From Candidatus Sumerlaeia bacterium (GTDB taxonomy: Bacteria > Sumerlaeota > Sumerlaeia > SLMS01 > JANRJK01), in NCBI GenBank assembly GCA_033764015.1, contig JANRJK010000048.1, forward strand, positions 1 to 62,702: 62,702 bases of DNA, given 5' to 3'. Positions 9,921 to 19,467 of the stretch are shown piece by piece; positions within the stretch are counted from its first letter, which is position 1; every line of letters starts with the position of its first letter. The notes beneath the pieces were generated by a model. It saw only the letters and a program-made list of their open reading frames with translations. It was not told where the DNA came from and made no database searches. A program made the position numbers and the translations under genes.

Positions 9921-10045
9921 GTTCCTTCTCCTAGGTGTCGACCCGGGCGGCCCGTGCCGGGGTCGGGGAGTTTGGGGTGGAGAGCCGGCAGGGGAGGCCT
10001 CGCGCATCTGGACCGAGGAGACCGAACCAACTCTCGAAGCAATGA

Positions 10046-10078
10046 ACCATAAGAGCATTTTTTCTGCGCTGCCGTCAA
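10046..10078 (-). promoter_or_regulatory. Putative sigma70-type promoter of the amylase gene
   Basis: Minus-strand TTGACG (10078-10073) followed by TGC-TCTTATGGT, within an AT-rich intergenic region. Confidence 0.45.
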
Positions 10079-10455
10079 GACACAAAAGTTGGAAAATTAA
10101 TTTTACCGCGACAGAATGGCGCTGCAGGGACTCGTTAAAACTTTATCGCTCAAGTTTTATCGGAATCAAGTCGAATTGAATCAGTGATGCGTGGTTCCTT
10201 GTGGTCATAGTTCGCACGCTCTTTCAGTGGCCCCAAATCGGATACAGCAAATCCGATTACCTGCGCTGATTTTATAGGATTCGGACGCCCTCGACGCCTT
10301 TTCATCCCGATTTCGAAGCGGATGTGCTGTTCCAGAACGCGTGGAGTGGTGGAAATCGACGGGGAATCGGCGCCGGAAACGAAACAGGCCCGGGCGGATG
10401 GCGAGCCGCCACCCGTCCGGGCCTGTCCGCGAAGCCCTGCGGAGGTGCGACGCGC

Positions 10456-10695
10456 TTAGTCTTCCATCTCGACCGACACGATTTCGGGGCAGTCCTCGAC
10501 GATCTTGCGTTCGATGCCCGCCTTCAGCGTGACGAGCGAACTGGCGCAGCCGGTGCACGCGCCGTGCAGCGCGATATAGACGACGTTGTCCTCGATGCGG
10601 CGGTATTCGACGTCGCCGCCATCGCTCTGGATGTAGGGGCGGATCGTTTCGAGGATGTCTTTGACCTTCTCTTCGGTGGTCATGGCGGTGGACAT
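10456..10695 (-). CDS. NifU/NfuA C-terminal domain Fe-S carrier protein
   Basis: 'IRPYIQSDGGDVE', 'LHGACTGCASS..TLKAGIE'. Confidence 0.92.
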   Translation of the reverse strand: MSTAMTTEEKVKDILETIRPYIQSDGGDVEYRRIEDNVVYIALHGACTGCASSLVTLKAGIERKIVEDCPEIVSVEMED

Positions 10696-10749
10696 GGGCG
10701 GGTTCCCTTTCCCGGTTGGTGGCTCCCGGCGGAGCGATTTCCGAGCCGC

Positions 10750-10778
10750 ATTTCAGCGCATCGGGACGCCGCTGTCAA
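10750..10778 (-). promoter_or_regulatory. Putative promoter of the NifU-like gene
   Basis: Minus-strand TTGACA, 17-nt spacer, TGAAAT. Confidence 0.5.
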
Positions 10779-10848
10779 ACGGCGCCGAGCGGGGGCGCGC
10801 GATTCCGGTTGGCAAGCGCACCGCCTCCGCGCAGCCTCCCGTCCTTGT

Positions 10849-10936
10849 GCCGGGGTGGCGAAATGGCAGACGCAGCGGACTCAAAATCCGCCGGCCCGCG
10901 AGGGTCGTGAGAGTTCGAGTCTCTCTCCCGGCACCA
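10849..10936 (+). tRNA. tRNA-Leu (anticodon CAA)
   Basis: GCCGGGG acceptor stem pairing with TCCCGGC, anticodon arm GCGGA-CTCAAAA-TCCGC, long variable arm, GTTCGAG T-loop, encoded CCA. Confidence 0.97.
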
Positions 10937-10958
10937 CCTTCCAACGGCCCCCGAACCC

Positions 10959-12131
10959 ATGAACCAGCAGGCGATCTCCGAGGCGCTCGCGGCCCACGGC
11001 CTCGACGCGTGGCTAGTGTACGACTTCCGCGGGAGCAACCCGCTCCTGGCGGCGCTCCTGCCCTGCGGCACGCACCTCACCCGCCGCGTCTTCCTCCTGC
11101 TGCGTCCGGGCCGCGGGCCGCTCGTCGTCGCCAGCCACATCGACGCGGGGCAGTTCGCCTCCGCCGGCGCCGAGCTCGCGCTCTACCGCGGCTGGGAGGA
11201 GATGCGCGCGCTGCTCGCCCGCGAGCTCGCCCCGCTCCGCCGCGTCGCCATGGAATACTCGCCCGGCGGCGCCCTCCCCGTGGCCGGTATCGTCGATGCA
11301 GGCACGGTCGAGCTGGTCCGCTCCTACGGCGTCGAGGTCGCCTCCTCCGCCGAGCTGATGCAGGAAGTGCTCGCGGTGTGGAGCGACGCCGCGCTCGCGG
11401 CCCACCTGGAGGACTCCGCGAAGGTCGCCGCCGCCAAGGACTCCGCCTTCGAAATGGTCCGAAAGGCGCTCGCGGACGGCGCCCCCGTCACTGAATGCAA
11501 GGTGCGCGACCACATCCGCGACTGCTTCTCGCGCGACGGCCTCGCCTGGCCCGACGGCCCCATCGTCGCCGTGAAGGAGCACAGCGGCGACCCGCACTTC
11601 GAACCGACCGCCGAACGGGACCGGCCGATCCGCAAGGGCGACTGGCTCCTGATCGACCTCTGGGCCCGGCGCCCCGGCAACCAGCACATTTTCGCCGACA
11701 TCACCTGGGTCGGCGCCTGCGGCGAACCGTCCGCCGAGCAGCTCGCCGTGTTCGACGCGGTGAAGGCCGCGCGCGACGCCGCGCTGCGCGACGCCCGCGC
11801 CGCCTGGGCCGCGGGACGCGCGCCGCAGGGCTGGGAACTGGACGAGGCCGCCCGCCGCGAGCTGCTCGCGCCGGGCTACGGCGACTTCATCCGCCACCGC
11901 ACCGGCCACAGCCTTTCGCCCGGCTCGAAGGTCCACGGCCTCGGCGCCAACCTCGACAACCTCGAGACCCGCGACACGCGCCGCCTCCTCCCGAGGCTGG
12001 GCTTCACGATCGAACCGGGGCTCTACCTGCCCGCGTTCGGCGTGCGGCTCGAAATCAACGTCTGGATGGATCCCGCTTCGGGGCCCCGCGTGACGAGTCC
12101 GGTGCAGGACGCTCCGCTCCGTTTGGCGTAG
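10959..12131 (+). CDS. M24 family metallopeptidase (Xaa-Pro aminopeptidase-like)
   Basis: Metal-ligand motifs 'IDLW', 'ADIT', 'HRTGHSL', 'TIEPGLY', 'GVRLE'. Confidence 0.88.
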   Translation: MNQQAISEALAAHGLDAWLVYDFRGSNPLLAALLPCGTHLTRRVFLLLRPGRGPLVVASHIDAGQFASAGAELALYRGWEEMRALLARELAPLRRVAMEYSPGGALPVAGIVDAGTVELVRSYGVEVASSAELMQEVLAVWSDAALAAHLEDSAKVAAAKDSAFEMVRKALADGAPVTECKVRDHIRDCFSRDGLAWPDGPIVAVKEHSGDPHFEPTAERDRPIRKGDWLLIDLWARRPGNQHIFADITWVGACGEPSAEQLAVFDAVKAARDAALRDARAAWAAGRAPQGWELDEAARRELLAPGYGDFIRHRTGHSLSPGSKVHGLGANLDNLETRDTRRLLPRLGFTIEPGLYLPAFGVRLEINVWMDPASGPRVTSPVQDAPLRLA

Positions 12132-12184
12132 CCCCGCCGCGCCGCCGGCGCACGCTGGCCCCAGACCACGCAAGGAGGCGCCCC

Positions 12185-13063
12185 ATGGAGCGTCGCCCGT
12201 TCGGCAACACCGGGCTAGAATGCTCGCCGCTCGGATTCGGCGCGGGCCACATCGGCTCGCCCGACATGTCCGAGGAGGCGGCCTCGCGCCTCCTCCACAC
12301 CGCGCTCGACCTCGGCGTTTCGCTGATCGACACGGCGCGGGGCTACGGCCTGTCGGAGGAGCGCATCGGCCGCCACCTCGCCGGCCGCCGCGACGAGTTC
12401 CTCCTCGCCAGCAAGTGCGGCTACGGCATCGACGGCCACGCGGACTGGACTCCGGGCTGCGTCGCCGCGGGCATCGACGAGGCGCTCCGCCGCCTGCGCA
12501 CGGACCGCATCGACGTGATGCTCTTCCACTCCTGCCCGGGCGACACGCTGCACCGCGACGGACTCGTGGAGGCCCTCGAAGCCGCCGTCCGCGCGGGCAA
12601 GGTGCGCGCCGCGGGCTACTCCGGCGAGAACGAGTCGCTCGACGAGGCGCTGCGCCTCGGCCGTTTCCGCGCCATCGAAACCTCGGTCAATGTGTTCGAC
12701 CAGCGGGGCCTCGCGCGCGGCGTGCGCCGAGCGGCGGCGGCGGGGCTCGGCGTCATCGCCAAGCGCCCCCTCGCCAACGCGCCCTGGCGCTTTTCGGACT
12801 GCCCGCACGGGAACTACTGCGAGCCCTACTGGCACCGGATGCGCGCCATGGGGCTCAACCCCGGCGACATGCCGTGGGACGAGCTGGCGCTCCGCTTCTC
12901 CGCCTACGCGCCGGGCGTCTCCTGCGCAATCGTCGGCACCTCGTCCGAGGCCAACCTGCGGCGCAACGCCGCCATCGCGGAGAAGGGCCCGCTCGCACCG
13001 GAGGACGCGCAGGCGGTCCGCGACGCGTTCCTCGCCTGCCACCACTGGGACGGGCAGGTGTAG
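12185..13063 (+). CDS. Aldo/keto reductase
   Basis: AGGAGG RBS, 'MERRPFGNTGL..SPLGFG', 'IDTARGYG', 'ASKCG', 'LRRLRTDRID..FHS', 'GKVR..GYS'. Confidence 0.92.
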   Translation: MERRPFGNTGLECSPLGFGAGHIGSPDMSEEAASRLLHTALDLGVSLIDTARGYGLSEERIGRHLAGRRDEFLLASKCGYGIDGHADWTPGCVAAGIDEALRRLRTDRIDVMLFHSCPGDTLHRDGLVEALEAAVRAGKVRAAGYSGENESLDEALRLGRFRAIETSVNVFDQRGLARGVRRAAAAGLGVIAKRPLANAPWRFSDCPHGNYCEPYWHRMRAMGLNPGDMPWDELALRFSAYAPGVSCAIVGTSSEANLRRNAAIAEKGPLAPEDAQAVRDAFLACHHWDGQV

Positions 13064-13066
13064 CGC

Positions 13067-13285
13067 CTAGGGACGCCTCGCCTTCCTCTTGTCGACGGCG
13101 GCGCCACACGCAATGCCCGCCGCCATGCCGAACATCCAGAACAGCGGCATCGAGTCGAACGCGGCGTCGAGCGCGATGCCGACGGACAGGCCGACGCTCA
13201 TGCCCAAGAGCATCGCTTCGTCGCGCCTCTTGTTTGCTTTGCAGGTGCCCTTCACGGTTGAAGCCTCCTCGGCGTGGGGTATCAA
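13067..13285 (-). CDS. Small hypothetical membrane protein (two Gly-rich TM helices)
   Basis: 72-aa ORF with GxxxG hydrophobic segments and a basic C-terminus. It fills the intergenic gap; start is uncertain. Confidence 0.45.
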   Translation of the reverse strand: MIPHAEEASTVKGTCKANKRRDEAMLLGMSVGLSVGIALDAAFDSMPLFWMFGMAAGIACGAAVDKRKARRP

Positions 13286-13402
13286 CCTCTACTCCATCCG
13301 ACCTACACCCGAGGCGCCCGTTCCCTTCACGGCGACCTTGGTTCCGCGCTTGCCCTTGTGCGCCGGCGGTTCGCGAATCGCACCACTTCCCGAAGGTGCC
13401 CC

Positions 13403-14209
13403 ATGGCGGACCTGCCCACGAAAGTCCTCGCTCTGCGGATGCTCACCGGCGAATCGCCGCTCGGGTACGAACCCGTGGTGCACCTGCGGCGCGCCTCCGA
13501 CTGGTCGCACCTGCCGGACGCCGCCCGCAACGGGGGCATCCGTTCGGTGCTCGCCGTGAACAACCTCGAACTCATGCGCTCGATCCGCCGCGGGCTCTGG
13601 CGCGGGTTCGAGGTGGTGCCGGTGGTGCCGAACGTGACCGGCTACATCCGCGACACGGTGGACTACGGCCTGGTGGGCGCGGGCATCCGGCGACTGCTGC
13701 AGCTCGGCCCGGTTTCGCTCGCGAGGGTGGGCTTCGCCAGCTTGGCCGTCGCGCCGGGGGTCCTGCGGCGCGAGTTCCCCGCGCTGCTCCGCGTGCTCCT
13801 CGAAGTCGAAGCCTGCGCCTTCGGCAAGCTCCAGCCCGAGCGCCTCGTCCTCGCCCCGCAGATCACCGACCTCGCCGTCGCCTTCGACAATCCGCGCGTG
13901 GTCCAGCTTTTCCTCGAGTTCTGCCGCGCCCGCGGCGAGCGCGCCTTCCTGTGCAGCAACAACCCCGCGATGCTGGTGCGGCGCCTCGAACGCTGGGGCT
14001 TCCGCCCGCAAGGCTATATCCTCCCCGTCAACCGCTCCGGCTACCTCTGCGGCGACCTCGAATGGATGAAGTCCTCCTCCATGCGCAATGTGACCATCGC
14101 CGCCGATGTGATCGGCGGCGGCGCGATGGCCAACGAGGACGCGGTCCGCTTCGCGGGCGAAGCGGGCGCCGAGGAAGTCGTCGTCGACGCCGACGCGATC
14201 GGCTACTAG
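13403..14209 (+). CDS. Hypothetical alpha/beta (AKR-like barrel) protein
   Basis: Coding-type codon bias, ATG after GAAGG. 'PNVTGY', 'QITDLAVAF', 'NNP', 'PVNRSGY' resemble an uncharacterised family I associate with glycan gene clusters. Confidence 0.6.
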   Translation: MADLPTKVLALRMLTGESPLGYEPVVHLRRASDWSHLPDAARNGGIRSVLAVNNLELMRSIRRGLWRGFEVVPVVPNVTGYIRDTVDYGLVGAGIRRLLQLGPVSLARVGFASLAVAPGVLRREFPALLRVLLEVEACAFGKLQPERLVLAPQITDLAVAFDNPRVVQLFLEFCRARGERAFLCSNNPAMLVRRLERWGFRPQGYILPVNRSGYLCGDLEWMKSSSMRNVTIAADVIGGGAMANEDAVRFAGEAGAEEVVVDADAIGY

Positions 14210-14318
14210 CCCGCGCCGAATCGGGCGCGGCGCGATTCCCGCTTGTTCCCGCGGTGCCAAGCGGCGAGCGTCTTGGCACCCTGCGTTCACCTAAACCCGC
14301 CAACGGAGCCGGCGCGCC

Positions 14319-15302
14319 GTGGATATCGCGATTCTCGGGACCGTCATGCACGACGAGATCACCACGCTCTCGGGAGAGCGGCGGTCCTCCTTCGGCGGCA
14401 TCCTCTACAACCTCGCCGCGCTCTGTGTCATCACCCGCCCCACGGACCGCATCCGGCCCTTCTGCCAGATGTCCAAGGAGCACTTCGCGGAACTCGACGC
14501 GCGTTTCTTCTCCCGCCAGCCCCGCATCGACACCCGCCACGTCGTCCAGCACCCCGACGGCACCGACACGAACCGCATCGTGTACCGCACCGCGAGCTCG
14601 CGCCAGGAAGACCTTTCCATCGTCACAAAGCCCTTCGACCGCGCCACGCTCCAAGGCGCCCTCGATGCGCAGGCACTCCTCATCAACATCGTCGGCGGCC
14701 ACGAGTTCGACCTCGAGACGCTCCAGTGGCTGCGCACGAACTACAACGGGCTCGTCTACCTCGATGTGCACAACCTCGGGAAGCGCAACCCGGACGGATC
14801 GCCCGCATCGACGTTCGCCGGCTGGCCCGACTGGGCCTCCGAGGTGGACTTCATCCAGTTCAACGAGTGGGAAGCCCAGCTCCTCTTCGGCAAGTTCCCC
14901 GAGGACGAGGACGACTACCGTCGCATCCTGCGGACGATGATGAAGGTGCCGACACTCCGCGGCGCCGTGCTCACGCTCGGCGAAGGCGGCGCCCGCGTCG
15001 CCCACCGGACCGACGGCGACGGCGCGCTCTACCTGCATGTGCCCGCCATGATGATGGACCCGGTCGTGGACACGACAGGCTGCGGCGACTGCTTCTCGTC
15101 GGGATTCCTCGTGGGCTACCTGCGCGGTGGCAACCCGGTGCGCGCGGCGCTGCTGGCCGCGACCATCTCGAGCCTGAACACGCGGCTCTTCGGCCTGGAC
15201 GAACTGCTGGCGCTCCGCGACGTGGAGGGCTCGCTGGTCCGCAGCTACGCGGGACTGCTCAACCGCATGGACGCCGAATGGAAGGGCGAGCCGCTCGATT
15301 AG
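14319..15302 (+). CDS. PfkB/ribokinase family carbohydrate kinase
   Basis: 'GTVMHD', 'FGG', 'NEWE', 'TLGEGG', signature 'VDTTGCGDCF..GF'. Confidence 0.88.
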   Translation: MDIAILGTVMHDEITTLSGERRSSFGGILYNLAALCVITRPTDRIRPFCQMSKEHFAELDARFFSRQPRIDTRHVVQHPDGTDTNRIVYRTASSRQEDLSIVTKPFDRATLQGALDAQALLINIVGGHEFDLETLQWLRTNYNGLVYLDVHNLGKRNPDGSPASTFAGWPDWASEVDFIQFNEWEAQLLFGKFPEDEDDYRRILRTMMKVPTLRGAVLTLGEGGARVAHRTDGDGALYLHVPAMMMDPVVDTTGCGDCFSSGFLVGYLRGGNPVRAALLAATISSLNTRLFGLDELLALRDVEGSLVRSYAGLLNRMDAEWKGEPLD

Positions 15303-15315
15303 GAGCGGCCCCCCG

Positions 15316-16584
15316 TCACGGCATCTCGGCGCCGCCGGCCTCCGCCCGCAGGCGCGCGCGCCAACGCTCGATCGTCTCGGAACCCTCTCCGCCAAGGCGC
15401 AGGTAGGTGTCCAGCGCGGCCAGGGCCGCGGCGGAATCCCCGTCGTGGTTCTCCGCCACCAGCGCCATGTTCAGCCAGCCCGGCGCGAAGTCCGGCGCGT
15501 CCGCGGTCAGCGACGCGGCCACCTCCTTCGCCTCGCCCCAGCGCTCGCCCCGGATCAGGAGCGCCGCCAGGTTGTTGCGGAAGCGCGGATCCGACGGGTC
15601 CGCCGCGTTGGCGTCCCGGTACAGCGCCAGGGCGCGGTCGTCGTCCCCTTGCGCCGCGTGGAAGTTCGCCGCGGCGAACAGGGTCTCGGGCGCGGGCGAA
15701 GGCTCCGCCAGAAGCGATTCGAACTCGCGCTCCGCCGCCGCCGTGCGGCCGGCCTTGCCGAGCGCGCGAGCCTGCGCCACGCGGTACTCCGTGACGCCGG
15801 GATAGTCCCCTGCCAAGTCGCGCCAGCGGCGTACCGCCTGGTCCCAGCGGCCGAGCCGCTCCGAGTCGAGGGCCGCTTGGCGCCGCTCCGCGGCGACGTT
15901 CGCGGCACCGGACTCCAACTCGGGGAAGAGCGCCTTGCGCGCGGCGTCGTCGCTGATCGCCGCGGCGGCGCCGGTGGCGGGCGGCTGGTCCGCGCCTTCC
16001 GTGGATAGCGCTTCGACCGCGCTGCGGAGGCCATCAAGGCCGACGCCCGTGGTGCGCGGCGCCGCCGCCTGCGCGGCCGGCGGTTCCGCCGCGCGCGTCT
16101 GCGCCGGCTCCGCGGCGGGCTGCCGCGCCGGCTGTGCGGCGGGCTGCTGCGCTGCGGCCACCGGTGTTGCGGGGGGCGCTGCCGCGGCCCGCTCGAGGCC
16201 CGCCTGCCGCTCCAGCTCCCTCGCGCGGAGCTGCATCCGCACCAGGTCGAGCTCCGTGCGCGCCAGCGCGAAGTCCGGCGACTCGGCGAGCGCGCGCTCG
16301 TAGTAGACCGCCGCCTCCTCCGGGTTGCCGAGGCGGTAGTGGCAGTGCCCCACCCGGTAGTAGAAGAGCGGGCGCGGCGAGACCTGCGCGGCCTCGAGGT
16401 ACAACTCCTTCGCGCGGACGTAGTTGCCGTCCGCCTCGAACCGCTGCCCTTCGGTGAAGAGGGCGAACGCCTGGTCGCGCTGCTCCTCGATCTGCAACTG
16501 CTTCTCGGCGCAGCCCGCGAAGAGCGCCGCTCCGGCCAGGAGCGACGCCGCCGCGAACGCGCGTGTGGCGCGTAGGCTCGGCAT
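15316..16584 (-). CDS. TPR-repeat lipoprotein
   Basis: Lipobox 'FAGC', N- and C-terminal TPR blocks separated by an Ala/Pro/Gln linker. Confidence 0.8.
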   Translation of the reverse strand: MPSLRATRAFAAASLLAGAALFAGCAEKQLQIEEQRDQAFALFTEGQRFEADGNYVRAKELYLEAAQVSPRPLFYYRVGHCHYRLGNPEEAAVYYERALAESPDFALARTELDLVRMQLRARELERQAGLERAAAAPPATPVAAAQQPAAQPARQPAAEPAQTRAAEPPAAQAAAPRTTGVGLDGLRSAVEALSTEGADQPPATGAAAAISDDAARKALFPELESGAANVAAERRQAALDSERLGRWDQAVRRWRDLAGDYPGVTEYRVAQARALGKAGRTAAAEREFESLLAEPSPAPETLFAAANFHAAQGDDDRALALYRDANAADPSDPRFRNNLAALLIRGERWGEAKEVAASLTADAPDFAPGWLNMALVAENHDGDSAAALAALDTYLRLGGEGSETIERWRARLRAEAGGAEMP

Positions 16585-16585
16585 C

Positions 16586-17134
16586 TTAGTAGTTGATCTC
16601 GCTGATGAGCTTCTCGCCCGTGAAGGTGACGTGCTTCAGCGGCGCCTGGAAGAGACCCGAGTAGGTCCAGTAGTCGCGCCGCACGCCGAGCGTGTAGTCC
16701 TGCGACATCGCCTTCTGCGGGTAGCCGTGGCGGATCATGTACTGGTCCATCTCGGTGAGCGGTCCTTCGAAGACCAGCTCGCCGTTGACGAACTGCGCCG
16801 TGGTGCGGCGGTCCCACCAGGCCCATTGGTCGACGAGTTCGTTCGTGGTGGATTTGAAGCGGTAGCGCACGTAGTCCGGCGAGCCGTGGCGTTCCAGCGC
16901 GCCGCGGGCGGACTCGGAGAGCGGGCCGTCCACCTCGCCGGTGCGCGGGTAGTAGGCCTCCGCGCGGGCGCGGTTGATGAAGTCGCGCTCGTCGTACTTG
17001 GCGTAGCGCTTGAAGGGCGCGACGGCGCCGGCGGCGTCGAGGTCGTAGCGCGGCACCTTGTTCAGGTTGCCGCAGCCCGCGGCGCCGAGCGCCGCCACCA
17101 TCAGCAGGATAATCACTACGGCACGCAGCGTCAT
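16586..17134 (-). CDS. Hypothetical lipoprotein
   Basis: Lipobox 'AAGC', two internal 'HG.P' units ('HGSPD', 'HGYPQ') each followed by W-x-W/Y. Its stop lies 1 nt from the start of the TPR gene. Confidence 0.7.
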   Translation of the reverse strand: MTLRAVVIILLMVAALGAAGCGNLNKVPRYDLDAAGAVAPFKRYAKYDERDFINRARAEAYYPRTGEVDGPLSESARGALERHGSPDYVRYRFKSTTNELVDQWAWWDRRTTAQFVNGELVFEGPLTEMDQYMIRHGYPQKAMSQDYTLGVRRDYWTYSGLFQAPLKHVTFTGEKLISEINY

Positions 17135-17264
17135 GGCGTTCGCGCTCCTTCGTCGGCCGGGCGCTCCGGGCCCCCGGCGGCGTGATGCCCCACCATGCCT
17201 AGGGGATGGACCCCCGGCGCGGGAAGGGAAAGTTGCAGCAGCGACAATTTCCGTGCCGCGGGGC

Positions 17265-18293
17265 CTACTCGCGGGGCAGGTACTCCAGCGGCACCGCCAA
17301 CTCGTCCTCCGAAACCTCCGCCTCCAGGCGGAAGCTCCCCTGCAGCCGCGCGGTCGCGACCGAGAACCGCAGCACCGCGGCGCCGCGCTGCAGCGGCGCC
17401 AGCGTGAACGCGCCCGAGGGCCCCGTCACCGCGCGCAGCGCCGGCTGTCCCGGGCCGGAGCTCTCCACCAGCACGCCCTCCGCCGGCTCGCCCCCCAGGA
17501 ACACCATCCCGCGGAGCGCCCGCCCCGGCGGCAGCAGCGGCAGCGCGCCCAGATCCAGCGCGCCCCCCCGGCCCGCGGCGAACGCGGGACCGATCGCGCG
17601 CTCGAGGCCGCGCCGCTCCGTCTCGATCCGGTGCCACTCCCCGGCGGGCACGTCGGCGAACTCCACGCGGCCGTCCGCGCCGGAGCGCACGCTCGCCGCC
17701 AGCGCCACCGCGCGCTCCCCGGGATCGTACCGGTAGAGGTACGCCATCACATCGGGCGCCGGCGCGCCGTCGGGCCCCACCAGCGCGGCAGCGACCGTCG
17801 ACCGGCCGGAGTCCGCCGCGGCCGGGGCCGCCATGGCGGGCAGCTCGCGCCGGGCGGGAAGCAGGAACGCCGCCGCGGGCGGAGCGTCGCCGCCCCGGGC
17901 CCGGCGCGCATCCAGCACCTCGCGGTACGAGCGCACGAACGCCGCGCGCTCCTCCGGGAACATGCGCTCCGGGTCGGTCTTCGTGATCCGGAACACCCGG
18001 GTCGCGCCCGTCGCGGTCCGCATCGCCGTCTCGTTCACCACCTCGAAGCCGTCCGCCGCCAGTCCCGCCTCGACCTTCGCCTCCGCCGGATGGATCACGC
18101 GCACCCAGCCCATCTCATTGGTCTCGAAGGACTCCGCGAGGCCGCTTTCGACCGCGACCCGGAACGTCGCGCCGGGCACCGGGAGCCCCTCGAGGTCCTG
18201 CGCCACAAGGCGCAGCGTCGCCTCCGGTCCCCCGGCGGAGGCGGCGGCCGCGAGCAGGGCCGCCGCGAAGACGGTCGCGGCGCGTCGAAACAT
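17265..18293 (-). CDS. Secreted protein with carboxypeptidase-regulatory-like domains
   Basis: Signal peptide from ATG 18293 (MFRRAATVFAAALLAAAASA); 'G.PVPGA', 'GADGRVEF.DVPAG', 'GEPAEGV..TGPSGAF'. Confidence 0.65.
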   Translation of the reverse strand: MFRRAATVFAAALLAAAASAGGPEATLRLVAQDLEGLPVPGATFRVAVESGLAESFETNEMGWVRVIHPAEAKVEAGLAADGFEVVNETAMRTATGATRVFRITKTDPERMFPEERAAFVRSYREVLDARRARGGDAPPAAAFLLPARRELPAMAAPAAADSGRSTVAAALVGPDGAPAPDVMAYLYRYDPGERAVALAASVRSGADGRVEFADVPAGEWHRIETERRGLERAIGPAFAAGRGGALDLGALPLLPPGRALRGMVFLGGEPAEGVLVESSGPGQPALRAVTGPSGAFTLAPLQRGAAVLRFSVATARLQGSFRLEAEVSEDELAVPLEYLPRE

Positions 18294-18455
18294 GATGCTG
18301 TACGCAACGCGCCCCGGAGCCCGACGGTCAAGGCGAGGCTCGCTCGCGCCACCGATCGCCGTTGCGTGGCGCCCGCCCCCGCCCGAGAGTGCGTCCACGA
18401 CAGTCCGAACTTGAATAGCGCCCGGCCGGAGCGTGTAAGGCCGGTGCGAACCCGA

Positions 18456-19460
18456 ATGGAGCCCCCCCCGATGCTCCTGTCCCTCTGCCTCTACATGTCG
18501 GCGTACACCAAGTACTCCGAGAACGCGATTCTCGAATCGGTCGCGCAAGTCCGCGAGTGCCGCGACCGCGCCGAAGTCCGGCTCCTCGCCAACCAGAACG
18601 ACCGCAAGGTGGTCGAGTTCGTCCAGCGGCTCTACGCCGCCGACCCCTGGGTGCAGATCGAGTACTACGCTGACGACGCGCCGCACGCGGAGCTGTTCTG
18701 GCGCCTCGGCCGCAAGGCCACCGGCCGCTGGGTCTGGTTCATCGAGGAGGGCATGGCCGCCGCCAAGGGATCGGTCCTCTACCTGATCGCCGTGGTCGAA
18801 GGCATCACCGCCGGCATGAATGCGAAGCTCATCGTCGTGAACAGCGGCGCCTTCTCCGCGGGCGCCGATTCCGAGGGCGTGGGCCCGAACGAACTCGCCA
18901 ACCTGAAGGTGACCGCCTCGCTGATCGAACTCCCCGCGGGCTGGGAGCTGCTGTCGCGCTTCACCCTCGACGAGCTCGTGCGCCCGTCGCTCCTCCTCAT
19001 GGAGCGCGCCTCCTGGCTCGCGACCTCCTACCGCGATGCGCAGGCGGAGGTGCAGGACCCGCACCTGGTCTCGGCCATGGAGCTCTGCACCCGCGGCATG
19101 GTGATCTTCTTCCCCCGCGTCTGCGTCATGCGCCTGTCGGACGTGTTCCTCGCGAGGGGCACCAAGCGCTCCGCGGTCTTCCACCTCTGCGAACTCCCCC
19201 ACCTCTACAAGAAGGCGGTCGCGAAGGGGTTCAACTCCTCGCGCGCCACCAAGGAAGTGGTCCGGGTGTTCAAGGCCCGGCGCGACGAGTGCGCGTTGCT
19301 CTTCGCCGATCCGTCCGGGAACGCCGCCGAGATCGCCTCGATGAAGGCGAACCACATGGCGTATGGCCACTTCCTGACCACAATCCTGCCATTCATGCTC
19401 CGGTCCAAGTCGAACGGTGGGCGCGAGGCCCTGCGCCGCATCGCCTCCGGCAAGCCGTGA
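18456..19460 (+). CDS. Divergent glycosyltransferase family 2 (GT-A)-like protein, DxD motif absent
   Basis: Collinear with the GT2 N-terminus ('LLSLCLY', 'EVRLLAN', 'ATGRWVWFIEEG'). Strong coding bias; start is 18456 or 18471. Confidence 0.5.
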   Translation: MEPPPMLLSLCLYMSAYTKYSENAILESVAQVRECRDRAEVRLLANQNDRKVVEFVQRLYAADPWVQIEYYADDAPHAELFWRLGRKATGRWVWFIEEGMAAAKGSVLYLIAVVEGITAGMNAKLIVVNSGAFSAGADSEGVGPNELANLKVTASLIELPAGWELLSRFTLDELVRPSLLLMERASWLATSYRDAQAEVQDPHLVSAMELCTRGMVIFFPRVCVMRLSDVFLARGTKRSAVFHLCELPHLYKKAVAKGFNSSRATKEVVRVFKARRDECALLFADPSGNAAEIASMKANHMAYGHFLTTILPFMLRSKSNGGREALRRIASGKP

Positions 19461-19467
19461 GCGCCGC

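Noticed and set aside
10849..10960. tRNA-Leu and tRNA-Thr (53833-53908) as island integration sites
   Set aside because: No integrase, no duplicated tRNA 3' end noticed, and flanking genes have host-like composition.
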